Assembly: GCF_018977255.1 (NCBI RefSeq)
Contig: NW_024704742.1
Span: 132,620,001-132,684,000, forward strand
Direction of reading: 5' to 3'
Length of the DNA stretch: 64,000 nt
Source of the DNA: Callorhinchus milii
Lineage: Eukaryota
Part shown: positions 9,301 through 21,607 of the stretch, piece by piece
Layout of the letters: each line of letters begins with the position of its first letter
How positions within the stretch are numbered: the stretch's first letter is position 1
Made by a program: the position numbers and the translations under genes
The notes under the pieces: model-generated
What the model was told of the DNA's origin: nothing
Database searches by the model: none
What the model saw: the letters and a program-made list of their open reading frames with translations, nothing else

Positions 9301-12300
9301 CATTTGCTATGGGATAAAGAATGCAAACCTTCTCTCATCAATACTGAGTGGCTCTTGTGCTGGACGTTTGCCTTTTGGCTCTAGTAACACTGGAACCGAC
9401 TCCAGACTCCAGTATTTAACGTGCATTAAGAAGGCAGCTTTTTGAATAAAAGCTATTCTTTCTTTAAACAGTAACATTTTTCCGCATAGTTGTGTTGGCA
9501 ATACAACAATACAGTACAATATAAATTTACGTTTATGTAACGTCTTTGACGTCAGAAACATGTCCCAAGGCATTTAACAATACTGGCTGGGCACCCGACC
9601 TGGGGGAACAGGAAAGATGACCAAAAGCAATGTCAAAGACGTCGGTCTCGAACAAGATGAGCGAGGGAAGGAGTGAGTTGGAGGGACTACAAGATGGAGT
9701 TCCAGAGAGTGGGGCAGATAGGTTGAAAGGTCGGGTGGATAGGATGGAGGACATGAAGCAGGTCATAGATTTGCTCCACCTCAGAGGAATTGTCATTCTG
9801 TAAATGTAGGTGGATGTACATCACTTTGTAAAAGAATGTTTATGAGAAACCTTAGACGGTATGTTGATTTGGATTTCTCTGTTCATTTTAATCTCAGCCC
9901 TACAAGCAGCAGTGTTAGGGTGTCACCCTAACTCAGTTGGTAACACTCTCACCTCTGAGTCAGAATACAGTGGGTTCCTGCCCCTCGGGTTTTGAAATCA
10001 AAGAGTCTAGGCTGACATTCCAATGTAGTGCCGGGGGAGCATTACATTGCCAGAGGTGGTATCCTTCAGACAAAATGTTAAAACGACTCCTGGTTTGGGT
10101 GGATTTTAAAGATCCTGCGTCACTTTATTTGAGAAAGACAGGAGTTTCTTCTGGTGCCCAGGTGAACGATTCTCCAAATAAAATTGCTCGTTCATTTCAC
10201 GGCTGTTTGCTGTGTGCACATTGGCTGCTGCCAAATCTACAGTTATTATACAGTTATTATACAGCTTTTAGAACATTTCAAGGGCGTGACAAGATGCTCC
10301 AACAAATTCAAGGATTATTATTTATAAGTGTATCTTGCCTCAATTTTTCCTGCTTAAAAGAAAAAAATGGGCCTTGGCTTCTGTAAAAATGATACTGTGG
10401 CTCCGTTCTCGCATTCCTTGTAGGATGTTAACAAGTGGTTTTGTTTTGAAATGTTTCACCTTTCAGTTGACGATTTGATGAAGTATTTGGATCCTCTGTA
10501 CATGGATCGCATCGTTATCCCGGACGCCATGAAACTCGAGTTAATTCTGGCAGGCAAGTACCACTGAACCATTCCTGAGGTCTAGCAGAACTAATATTGT
10601 CCCAACTTCTGTCACGCTCAAAAGGATTTTGTTTTTTGTCAACATTTGTCATCCGCTTCCTTTCTGAAACGCTCTGACCTATGCGGGGGTGGGGGGTGTA
10701 GGGAATTCCCAACAAGGACCGGCAGTACCTCGTTCAAGCCGTCATTCTTCACATGTGACCCCAGAACTGTGAGTATTGATTGGTCATGTTTGGGCCTGAG
10801 CCCATAAATGAGCTTAATGCTATCCTGATCCAATGTTCATGTTTCTCTGCAGATGTTACTGAATAGCAACTGGGAGCAGAAACCCAAGTTAATTTCCCCT
10901 CCCTGTCCCTCATCTTCAGCCCTCTACTGCTGCTGAACTGAAGATGCCCAGTTCAGTCCACACCAGCAATCTGATCTGTGTGGTTGAATCCTGCATTAGG
11001 CGGTGGCTCCACCCATTCATCAGGGAGATGAAAGCATGGTGATGGGTTTCCACACGTGTCAGATACCCGGCTGACCAAATTTTTGTTTTCGAAGGACTGA
11101 TTTATTTTTTTTTAGTGAGAGAATTTTGAACTTACTGTATTTCACTTTCTCTCTCCCACTCCTTTTCCACCTCCCATACACCACAGTTCTGTGCCTTTTG
11201 GTGCATCTGACCTACTGTAGTTTTAGATTTGACTGCTGGTTGAAAATGGCACCGTAGTATGTATTTTTTTTACAGTTCTAGTGTCCACCGTTATTGTCTT
11301 CGGGGTTTCATAACTGCAGTGTAAAGCCCCTTTTGTTACTGTTTTATGTAGTTGACATTTTGTTCGGTGTGAGAAAAGTACCTATAGTTGCCCTCATTAT
11401 TGCAGAGAAGCTTTCTACCCCCATGTAAATAAATAACTAATTTCCTCTTCCTAACTTGATGCTTTTGTTTTGTTCTGCAGAAGAGCCGTTCATACATTCC
11501 CAAGTTACACTTTTGGAGTCAGTCAGCAAACTGCAACCATTTCTTGAAAGCGAGCACATTAAAGGTCGGTGATGATACTTGCCATTTTTCGCTTAAGTCT
11601 TTTGATTTTTTTAAAAAATCCTTCCATTACATTGTCATGCTTTTTTTAAAAGATTGCTTCAATTGTTGCTCTTTGCCCCTATTTGTATTTCTCAGCTCTT
11701 CAAATCCTCCCCTTTCCCTCAGGGTATTAAAGAATACAGGGCAAAGGCGAGTGATTGGATTTGAGGTACAGATCAACCATGATCTTATAGAATGGCATAA
11801 CAGGCTTGAGAGGCTGAATGGCCTACTCATGTTTCTATGTTTCTATCTTGTGTAAATAGGCAAGTGAGCTGATTATTCAGTACTATTGTGACATTATTTT
11901 AATGAGGAAGATTGTCGGCTTATCCAGTTCTGCAGATTGAAATACAGAGGTGATGCTGAAGTTTTGAATGTTTTTAAGAGAAGAATGAATATCTGCTGTC
12001 ATCTTGTGTATAAATAGGCTGTTGAAGTATAATTATCTTCCAGTGGAAAAGTGAAGCAAAAATATTATTCCGCCGAATTACCAGCTCAGTTACCTGTTTA
12101 CATGTAAGTTAACACCAGATATTCATTTGTTTCTTAAAAATATTAAAAATTTTAGCATCACCCCCATATTTCATTTTCCTATTATTTGTGAAGTAGAATT
12201 ATCTGGCCGCTGAGATAATGTAGTGGGTTAATAGGTAAGCAGCTGTGCAGATAATATTGCATAAATTATATTATTTGCCTCCCCTTGTGTTTGTGCAGCG

Positions 12301-14634
12301 GTTCCAAACTACTCTTCCAAGCTACAATCACTGACCCAGATTCAAATTCAGGAACAGGTACTGTGGGCACTGCTGTATTCAGCATTTATGTGAAAAAACA
12401 ATAGTTTGACTGAGACCTGCAATGATTCTTGGTTGGTGACCGCATCCACTTTCAAAGCTTGAGTCACCAGTAACGTCATTGTTCTCGTCTGTTATAGATA
12501 ATGGGATAAATACTGATTATTATCTTTGCATTTGATATAGAGCAATTTGCACACAGCAATTCCCACAAATAGCCGTGATGAATGAACAATTTTATCTGGG
12601 GGATTGTTGGCCAGGACACTTGGAGAAACTCCCTTCTCTTTTCAAATAACACCATCGAACCTTTAACGTTCACTTGAACAGGGGGAGCAGGACATCGATT
12701 TAGCATCTCATCCAAGGGTGGCACCTCCAACACCACGAGCACCGCATTGGAGTGTCAGGCTTGACTATATGAGGTCAAAGGCCCGATGTGGGGCTTGCAC
12801 TCGCAATCTCTGACCCAGAACATCAACAAATTGCACTTATATAGCGCCCTCCACGCAGTATTGCGTCTCAGAGCGCATCACACCAAGGCTCTATTATCAA
12901 ATGCAAGGATTTTTATTGTAATTAATCTCAGAAGGAATATTATTTTATGTAGCCAGCCACATTGTATTTAATATAACCTACCAGTCCTTTTAGAATCTGT
13001 ACCTATCACATTGATAGAATGAGTGGAAAATGTGTTTTTTAAATCCCCTTGTATATCTTTCCCTGTTTTGTGTTTTTGTACATGTGTGTTTGTTGGGGCT
13101 ATTTGTGTGTAGGACCAATGTACGGCAGTCACAGAAGATACAAGGAAGCTCCTGGATGAGTACAACAAGATGGTATCCTTTTTCTTTCTTCACGTTCATT
13201 CTCTTATCTCATCCCCAGCTCCAGTCATGCTGACTGAAGATGGAATGCAGATTCATTTCAGCGTGTTAAAAGCTCCCTTCAATTAAAGGCATTTTAAGTC
13301 AACCCTATGTTCAGAAGCAGGTGTGGGGTTGGAGGTTGGAGAATGAATAAAGTGGAAAATAGCAGGAAAAAGTGTAGCCACACAAACTGCAAAACATTTC
13401 CATTCTTTTAATTACACAATTACTCTGAAATGCTTTAAAAAAATTTAAAGTAATATTTATTCGGTAAATCTAAAAAAGTGTAGCAAGATGGATTAGACTT
13501 TTGTGGCTATTTGCATTGATAACTTAAAGTCCAATTGAAGAATTATATGTACGGAGAATGGAAGTGCTGTCAGTCCAATCCAACTCAAGTCTCTTGTCCT
13601 CTCCCTTCAGCAAGCTGCATGTAAACAAAGATTAATTTGGAAGGACTTTTACCTGAGAAGAGAACCCCACTTAGCGGAGAAAAAATAGTCTGTTGGTGAC
13701 TTGTGTGTCAGCGCTATAGGTCAAAAATAGCTGCTGGTGTGCAGTAAGCAGTAGCTCTGTCCTTGACCTGTTCATTAAGGAGCTTCGGTAGCACAGTATT
13801 AAACTTGGTGACAATTTTTTGGCATCTAGGACCATGCAGTGTTTTTACTGAAACTGCATGGGTTCAAAAGGATATTAATGCTTTATTCAGTTGTTCAAAC
13901 AAGCTTCTTCCAACATAAAAGTCTTCTAATTCACCAAGAAGCAATAGGAACCTGGGAAAGAAAGTTAGACTATCGAACCATAGAAATTTACAGCACTGAA
14001 GAAGCCCATTCGGCCCATTGTCTGTTCTGGCTATTTTAAGAGCAATCCTTTCAATCCTATTTACCTGCCCTTCCCCATTATTCCTGTATTGACAGCTTTT
14101 TAGGTGTTTGTTTACTTCTCTTTTGACTAGACAAGAAGCTGTTGATAATTAGATTGCTCCCGAGAGGTGTAATGTTAGACCTGAGCAATTGTTGTTTGGT
14201 GTCCCACAAAAAATGATGTCTTAATACAAATCTGCCTGGATACTGCAACGAACAGTAAGCTGTACATGTTGTGAGGGAGCAGTGAGACAGACAATACAGC
14301 AGAACGTTTTCAAAAGTGTTTAGAGTTGGCAGCTTGGTGACAAATTAAATGTAATGCCGATAAACCAAAATACTTCATCTACACCAAAAAGAACGGCAGA
14401 TAAATATTCAGTGAATATTATTTTATCCCTGGCATTTGTTTAGAAAAGACTAATTTTCCACCTGTAACAACTTGCATTTATGTAGTGTCCTTTACGTGGC
14501 TAGTGTCTAGAATTGTGCAGATTTACCTTAACCGTGTCACACAGACTCTGCTCCTCTCAAAACAATTCGTTCAGTGGGAAGAAGCACTAAGCAAGCTGGA
14601 GGCTGCGAAGCAAGTAAAGCCACTCCGCGACTGA
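3124..14634 (+). CDS. DCTN3: Dynactin subunit 3 (p22/p24), 7-exon gene span; ~187 aa once the exon-1 frameshift is corrected
   Basis: Seven exons with compatible phases (98[99]+85+87+84+59+60+90 nt) translate to a protein colinear with vertebrate DCTN3 from [13 protein letters not shown] to [12 protein letters not shown]. Confidence 0.95.
3900..4760 (-). mobile_element. L2 LINE fragment (RT C-terminal region, deleted)
   Basis: Translations [45 protein letters not shown]. Confidence 0.88.
5405..5489 (+). CDS. DCTN3: DCTN3 exon 2
   Basis: Pyrimidine tract + c[30 protein letters not shown]; donor GTAAGT. Confidence 0.95.
6520..7931 (-). mobile_element. Tc1/mariner-superfamily non-autonomous remnant with TIRs, interrupted by a ~1.1-kb insert
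   Basis: TA|CAGGGTGTCCACAAAGTTCTTTTACCC at 6518 and its inverse GGATAAGAGGACTTTGTGTACACCCTG|TA ending 7933. Minus strand encodes [38 protein letters not shown] (7900-7785) and [10 protein letters not shown] (6693-6663), resembling a transposase C-terminus. Confidence 0.8.
6695..7022 (-). mobile_element. tRNA-Ala-derived SINE, short subfamily, full length
   Basis: Head GGAGTCCTGTAGCTCAGTGGTTAGAGC with A/B boxes, L2-like tail, (ATT)n end. Confidence 0.9.
9915..10322 (+). mobile_element. Deu-domain SINE (SacSINE1/AmnSINE1-like)
   Basis: tRNA-like head CTCAGTTGGTAACACTCTCACCTCTGAGTCAGAA; body homologous to 60512-60935. Confidence 0.75.
10467..10553 (+). CDS. DCTN3: DCTN3 exon 3
   Basis: tttcAG; (I)[28 protein letters not shown]; donor CAG|GCAAGT (GC type). 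Confidence 0.93.
10715..11030 (-). mobile_element. Ancient tRNA-SINE (AmnSINE2-like), degenerate
   Basis: Homologous to 36364-36600; family assignment from recall. Confidence 0.45.
11481..11564 (+). CDS. DCTN3: DCTN3 exon 4
   Basis: ttctgcAG; (E)[27 protein letters not shown]; donor AAG|GTCGGT. Confidence 0.93.
12299..12357 (+). CDS. DCTN3: DCTN3 exon 5
   Basis: tgtgcAG; (A)[19 protein letters not shown]; donor CAG|GTACTG. Confidence 0.92.
12515..12820 (-). mobile_element. Deu-domain SINE
   Basis: Reverse complement of the Deu-SINE body seen elsewhere in the window. Confidence 0.7.
13113..13172 (+). CDS. DCTN3: DCTN3 exon 6
   Basis: gtgt[22 protein letters not shown]; donor GTATCCTTT (U12 consensus). 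Confidence 0.94.
13173..14544 (+). other. DCTN3: U12-type (minor spliceosome) GT-AG intron 6 of DCTN3
   Basis: 5' site GTATCCTTT; branch site TACCTTAAC at 14524-14532, ~13 nt before cAG; no polypyrimidine tract. Confidence 0.92.
14545..14634 (+). CDS. DCTN3: DCTN3 exon 7 (terminal coding part)
   Basis: [29 protein letters not shown] with TGA at 14632-14634. Confidence 0.95.
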   Translation, partial: TLLLSKQFVQWEEALSKLEAAKQVKPLRD

Positions 14635-15331
14635 TGTCCCGGCGAGCGAGGACCAAAGTATTCCATAGGAAGAGTGTCGGAGGAGCATCCCGCTTACTAC
14701 CTGTATAGATAGTGCTGTACGTGTCGCTTGTAATGTTGGGGAAATGTCGCAATTTAAAAGCTAACGCTTAACAGCCAGGGTAATTAAAATTGCAGACTGG
14801 GATTTAAAAAAAATTAAAAAAGACTTGCGAAGAGAGCCAAACCAGGCATGGTGGCCATCAAGTTTTGCATTAGTGTTTGATTTCTTCCCCACCCTCCCAT
14901 GTTTTACGTGGTTATAGTGAGTAGCCCTACTGTGTCACCGCTGCAAGTCTGGGATCTTATTTAAAGCTCCCTACCAGCCCACTTCATTTAATTTATTATT
15001 CCGTTTTGAATAGGACAGATTGCTCGTGTTTACAATTTAACGCTCATGGCTTCATTGCGGGATTCAAAGACCCGACGGTAAAAGAATGGGGAGGGTTATT
15101 TTATATATTTCAGTGTAATTTGGGACTTTTCTTTGCATGTGTTTGGGTTGATTTGTAGGTTGTACCTGTGCGATCTCAGTCAGTCTGTGGTTGGTTCAAT
15201 AGCGTGTGCGAGCAAGTCTTGACGGTTGCCCTCTTTGCCAGACTTGGGAAGGTTTGCTCTCTCACTTGTCAATGCACTACATGATTAACAGCCCTGCTAT
15301 TGGGACCAGCTGACAAAACAGCTGGGTTCAG

Positions 15332-15394
15332 AATAAATGTGATAAAATTGCACTGCTATTAAATCCAATTTTATCATATATGAGTTTGAATAAA
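15332..15394 (+). terminator. Candidate DCTN3 polyadenylation signals
   Basis: AATAAA at 15332 and 15389 and ATTAAA at 15358, ~700 nt after the stop and just before repeats resume. Confidence 0.6.
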
Positions 15395-15709
15395 GTACTT
15401 AAGAACATAATTTTTGTGACTGCACCAAGTCTGAGGTTAGTGCTCTAACTAGTGATTATCCTGGGGGGGAGGGGGTCATTTGAGGGTTGAGCTAGCTCTG
15501 AGGTGATGTGCCTTGCAATGGAATATCACAATTAAATCGATCCTCTGTGGCAGTCACAGGAGTTCTTGAGCTACAGAAGTCTGCAGGACTTCAAGGCAAT
15601 GCTGATGACAGACCAGCCAGCCTGCCTCAGGAGGACATGGAGCGACAGACTGGTCACTGGGGGCAGTGATTCTCCCCACTCAGCCCCTGTTAACCCAGCA
15701 AGCCACAGT

Positions 15710-16665
15710 GGACATGTACTGTGACACCCAACTCTATCTCTCTGCCTCCACCATCAATTCCAGGACAACTGACATCCTGACAGACTGTCTGTCTGACATC
15801 AAATCCTGGATGAGAGCCAACTTTCTGCAGCTATATGTCAGCAAGACTGAGGCCCTCCTGATTGGCTTGTTCCAGCGCCTCCGCACCTCAGGCGCTGGCA
15901 GTATCAGCATCCACGGTTACACGTTCCACCTCCAAGCCAGTTAGGAACCTGGACATCTTGTTTGGCCCTCAACTGTCACTTCTCACCCATGTTCATGCCA
16001 TGACCTGCCTGCTCTGCCTTACCCCATCTCCATATACCATTGCCCGACTCCGCTACTGCCTCACCCCTCAAGCCACCGAAACTCCCATGCACGCAATCGT
16101 CACCTCAAGGCTCTACGGAAACTCCTTGTTGGCCTCCCCAGCTCTTCCCTCCACAAGCTGCAGATCATCCAGAACTCTGCAGCTCGTGTCCTCTCCCGCA
16201 CCAGGCTCCATGGTTCCATCACCCCCACCCTCGCCCGGCTTCACTGGCTCCCCATCCCTCAAGAGGATAGAATTCAAAACCCTTCTCATTTTCAAGGCCC
16301 TTCATGGCCTTGCCCCCTCCTACATCTCTGACCTGCTGACCCCCTATCAACCTGTCCGCTCCCTCCACTCCAGGTCTCACACCTAACCCGCTCTACCATT
16401 GGCAGCCAGGCTTTCAGCCTCTCTGCTCCCACTCTTTGGAAATCTATCCCACAATCCCTTTGCCTCTCTTGCCTCCTTCAAGGCACGACTCACGACCCTC
16501 TTTGACCGTGCCTTCAGCTGCCCTCCTACCCCCTCTGCCCTTCCTCATTCCCAACCCTGTCTCCCCCCCCCACACACACACTCTTGGGTCCTGATCCCAG
16601 ACTGTTCAGCGCCTTGGAACATCCTCCCGATATGAAAGGTGCTTTACAAATGTAATTTTGTTGTT
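15710..16665 (+). mobile_element. L2 LINE, 5'-truncated
   Basis: [37 protein letters not shown]...RIEFKTL; 3' stem-loop and (TTG)n tail. Confidence 0.9.
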
Positions 16666-17129
16666 GGACAAGGAGTGGGAAGAGGTGCTAACTGTAGGAG
16701 CAATGGGAAGTTTGGCAGACTTGTTTGTAATGGCCAGTGGCAAGATTTTTTAGCTTGTTAAACTTGAGCAGTACCAATACACACACATGGGTTTCTCCAA
16801 GACATTGGATCATTTCAATCTTTGCCTTATATTTCTGTGATTAGGAGAACCACCGTATTCCTCCAGGTAGAGAATGTGCACTCCTTTTCAGATGCTGGGA
16901 AATTTTCATACATATGTAGAGCTCTTAATAGTTTGGGTTTGGATACTCTTAAGCATGGTGATAGGTTTCTGCATGTGTCAGATACTCATCTTTTTCTATT
17001 CTCACTGTCAACATAAGTAATTTGATCTCTTTCAATAACCTTTTTATATTAAGAACAGTCATTAATATCTCAATTTCCTTCAATACTTTCCTCATCACTC
17101 ATTTGCCAATCAGTGGAAATAGTGATGAA

Positions 17130-17445
17130 CCTTGCATTTGGTATAGCAATTTTACATTGGGAGAATGTCTCAAAGCAGTTCACAAGATTCACTGTAAAGT
17201 GTGACATTTTGAGACTTTTTACACACAGCAATGCCTCACAAACAGCCATGGACTGAGTGACCAATTTTATCCCAGGAAATTGTAGGCCAGGACACCGGCA
17301 GAAACTCCCTTTTTGAATAGGGACATGGGCTCTTGTCGAACTGAACAGGCCCAGACGGAACTATGGTTTAACATCTGATCAAAAAGATACCAGCTCCGTC
17401 AATAAAACACTCCTACAGCACTGCACTGGAGTGTCAATCTAGTCC
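17130..17445 (-). mobile_element. Deu-domain SINE, degenerate
   Basis: Reverse complement of the Deu-SINE body. Confidence 0.6.
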
Positions 17446-17458
17446 ATGATCTCACACG

Positions 17459-17673
17459 ACCAGAACAAATAATGGCCACCTTCTGTGATAACAATTTCTA
17501 TGATCAGCAAATTTCCCCCTGAATTCCAAAGGTGAATAATCTGGGCTGATATATTGAATACTGGAAAGGCACGACTTTGAAATGGACAAAAATTATTCAT
17601 CTTTGGAATTCAAGGGGAAATTTGCTGATCATAGAAATTGTTATCATAGAAAGTGGTCAGTATTTGTTCTGGT
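17459..17673. repeat. Long inverted repeat (82-bp arms, 51-bp spacer)
   Basis: 17459-17540 is the reverse complement of 17592-17673 with 6 mismatches. Confidence 0.95.
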
Positions 17674-17759
17674 GTTACTGATCTTGAATCTCGGAGGCTC
17701 GAGTGGGAGTTACGGCCTGGATCAGCGAACGATGCACTCGCTCACACACCAACTCTCAC

Positions 17760-19545
17760 TGTCAGTGTGGCTCTGCTATACTTTATGTCATGGTTCCCTG
17801 TTTCAGGCAGCACTTTATTGATGTCAGCACTTTATCACCCACCTGATTATTTTAATCGCGTCGTCCTTGGTTAACTGATCTAACTACTGGTCTGTACAGC
17901 AGCAATTGATTCCGAATACAGAATATGGCTGCAATAACAAAGTCACCTCTTTTTTTCTGAGCCAATCTAACAACAACAAGATTACATTTGTCTAGCGCCT
18001 TAATGCGCTGCACAGTGTATAGCATTCCAGACCCGAGCTGGGGTCAGGGGAGGGGAATGGAGGGGAGGGCAACGGGGGTGGCCGATGGCATGGTCGAAGA
18101 GGAGGGTCTTGAGGCGGGACTTGAAGAAGGCTAAGGAGGGGAGAGGCGGAGTGACTGGGGGATGGAATTCCAGAGGTTGGAGGCAGAGTGGCTGAAGGCT
18201 CTCCCGCCAATGGTGGGGCGGGTAGATTGGGGGACGTGGAGCAGGCCAGAGCTGGCTGATGGGGTGGGGGGGGCGGGGGGAACTGGCTGGTTGGTAGGGG
18301 TTCAGGAAGTTGCAGAGGTAGGGTGGAGCTTGGCCATGGAGGGCTTTGTATGTGAGGACCAGGATCTTGAACTGGATCCTATGAAGGATAGTGAGCCAAT
18401 GGAGTCGGGCAAGAATGGGGGAGATGGGGTCACAGAGTTTGGTGCGGGAGAGGACACAGGCTGCAGAGTTCTGGATTATCTGCAGCCTGTGGAGGGAGGA
18501 GTTGGGAAGGCTGACAAGCAGGGCGTTTGCATAGTCGAGCCTGGAGGTGATGAAGGCATGAACAAGAGTTTCAGCGCCCTGAGGGGTGAGGTAGTGGCAG
18601 AGTCGGGCGATGTTACAGAGGTGAGGGAAGGCAGAGTGGGTCATGGGTTGGATGTGGGGAAGAAAAGACAGTTGAGGGTCGAACAAGACACCGAGGTTCC
18701 TGACTGGTTTGGTGAGTTGTAGTGTGCAACCGTGGAGGTTGATGCTGCCAGAGCCTGAGGTGCTGAGGCGCTGGCGCGAGCCAATCAGGAGGGCCTCAGT
18801 CTTGTTCACATTCAACTGTAGGAAATTTGCCCTCATCCAGGACTTGATGTCCGACAGACAGTCTGTCAGGACAGCAGTGGTCCTGGAGTTGAGGGTGGAG
18901 GCAGAAAGATAGTTGGGTGTCATCCGCATATATGTGGCAGTTGACCCCATGTCTGCGGATGATGTCACCAAGGGGGAGCGTGTAGATATTAAAGAGGAGA
19001 GGGCCAAGGACAGAGCCCTGGGGGACCAGTACGTGACAATGCGGGGGCTGGAGGAGAAACCGTTAGAGGCAACAAAGTGGAGACTGTGAGAGAAATAGGA
19101 ATTGAGGGCAGATCCGCGACGATTAAGTAAAGAGGAGAGGTGTATGAGGATGGAGTGGTCGACGGTGTTGAAGGCGGCAGAGAGGTCGAGGAGGACAAGG
19201 AGGCAGAGGCTGAGGGAGCAATTTAACTCTTCACAATACAATCCACAGCATATTGACGTCTTCTCATACCATTTTATCTTGTGTTATACCAGCTACCGCG
19301 TGACGCCGGTTATGTTTAGATAGAAGTTCTGCAACTCGGCTCAGTTTATACAACATTTTTATCAAAGTTGTAGTTCTGCAAGTCATCACGACACCTGCTA
19401 ACAAGCATTAACAACCTTCACTTAAATCAAAACAACGTTTTATAATCAAGATCGTGATTTTTGCAGGTCAGCTCGACACTAGCTAATACGTATAAGCATA
19501 CATAACCAAAATTATTTTAATAATTCACTTTTGTTCTGATCATAA
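17760..19545. repeat. Unclassified AT-rich interspersed repeat (family B), split by an L2
   Basis: 17760-17971 plus 19219-19545 align colinearly with the uninterrupted copy at ~55915-56465. Confidence 0.85.
17972..19218 (-). mobile_element. L2 LINE, 5'-truncated, with TSD
   Basis: [18 protein letters not shown]...[20 protein letters not shown]...LDYANALL; flanked by CAATCTAAC / CAATTTAAC. Confidence 0.93.
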
Positions 19546-21078
19546 CATATACCACCTCCACATGAAAATGTCCCTGCCTTTAGACTGGAATGCATACTCT
19601 CCTTGGGAGGACGTACCCTGCTTACCTAATTCCGGAGAGCATTAGCGCTATCTATCTGTTTAGCCTTTAACCCCATACCTTTTTGTTTATTTTTCCTTTT
19701 CAGATGTTTATCTAATAACCTTTTTAAAACGTTATTATGGATTCTGCTTCAACCATCATTTTTTGTTACAGCATTCCATGTGTCCTAATAACCATCTGTG
19801 CGTGCATTTAGAAAAATATATCCTAACCTCTCCTTTTGTTTTTTTTGTGTGTTGATGATCTTAAATTCATACCATTTAGTCATCAGAGTACAGCCTCACA
19901 ATTGCACAATTACTTGAGAACAAGTGAAGGAAAGTTGGTGGGGGTGAAAGGAGAAAGAGAGTAAGGAGCCTTTGACTGTTAACATTGTGTTAAATGTATT
20001 GAGTTGTTGTTACTGATCAAGGCTTTCCTATGAGCACAGACATAATATCGTGAATAAAGCTGTTGAGATAACCCGCATCAATGCTGCCAGATTTGCAGCT
20101 GTCAGTGTCAAAATAGTTCCCCTTCTGTTGCTAACGCAAAAACACTTGCTAACGCGTTTCATTGTGCTCTGTGCTTTGAACGTGGATTATATTTCCGCGG
20201 CTATTGACATAATATCTTCTTGGTGCTTTTGAATTTCTGAACACAAAACAAAATACCCGGACGCATGCCTCAGTCCTGTTGCAATGATGCAGCATGAGAT
20301 GAAATGAATTGGAAAGAAATCTAATTTTGTTACAGTTTCTGTTGAGAGTGCGGGGAGGGAGTGCACATTCCATTCCAGACACGGGAATTTCCATGTTCGT
20401 AGGTGGCGTATATGGACCCTCAGTTTGGTTTGGATACTCTTGAGCATGGTGATGGGTTTCTACATGTGTCAAGACACCCAGCTGACCAAAAATAAAACCG
20501 CTCACGTTCCTGCAACAGTACAATTTTAACCTCACCTTGACACAACCTTAATAGACTGAGTGTTTGTGGGACATTGATGTGCGCAATTGGCTGATGCTTT
20601 TCGCCCACAAAATATACCGTCAATTCACTTTACAGTACATTGTGTGAAGCACTTTGAGACGTCTCAATGACGTGATAAGGTGCTGTATCAAATGCAAGGT
20701 TATTATTATTATTAATATAGATGCGTATAATGGAACATTGCCTGTAAGCATGAAAAACTGGGGAAATCTATTAGACTCTGCGTGTGTAAGGCTATAACAA
20801 AAACCCAGTAATGGCTCACTTGCCTTGACCCCTTACCTAAGGAATGGCATGCACTTTGGGGAGCCGAGTGTGGAAACCAATGAAGGGTAGAAAAACAACA
20901 CAAGAATGCTGAAGAAATATGTGTTAGATTGATAATCATCACACAGAAAAAGGAATTGGAGGGGGGGTTTAAAATAAAAAGTACACACATAGTATGGTTG
21001 GAATGTGTAATTCTCTGCCACAAGCCAATGTTTAAGCAAACTGTTCTGAAAGGAAATTATCTTTTTTTAAAAAAAAAT

Positions 21079-21607
21079 TGGGGGGCTAAGTTGGGTGACG
21101 TGGAAACCCATCACTTGCCTAAGAGTTTCCAAACAACATTGAGTTGGAAATTCCCACATATTGGAATGGAACTTGCACTCTCTCCCTGGAGGGACGCATT
21201 CTACTTACCTAATTCTGAGAAGTATTGGGCGGAGGCTGGCAAGGGCCAAGGCTTGGGGACCCCAGAGTGTGCATTCAGGTTAGTGTTGGAGATTAACAAG
21301 GTCAAACCTCATAGCTTGCCATTGATAGTACTGCCTGGCAAGCTTTCTGGCTGCTTGTCCAGCTAGGACCATCCTACCCATTAGTTCTTTGGCTTGCAGG
21401 GCTAAAATGAGCTAAGGGGGAAGAGTCCCTGCCCCCAGTAACTGATTTGTGTTTCCAAATGATAAGCCAAGCTGCCTGTGGTCAGCAATGCCCTGGAGTA
21501 TTGCGGATCTGCCTGGCTCAGGAACTGGCCTCCCGAGACTGTCACAGAGGGTTCACTCAATTCCCAGTACATCGCATATTGGCCAGCTCAGCTCCAAGGA
21601 GACTCCT
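21079..21607 (-). repeat. Unclassified retroposon-like repeat (family A)
   Basis: Reverse complement of copies at 32480-32970, 43830-44180 and 52918-53248. Confidence 0.8.

Noticed and set aside
18000..19241. 413-aa ORF as a gene
   Set aside because: Decayed L2 ORF2 that drifts in and out of the RT frame; the YADD motif is out of frame.
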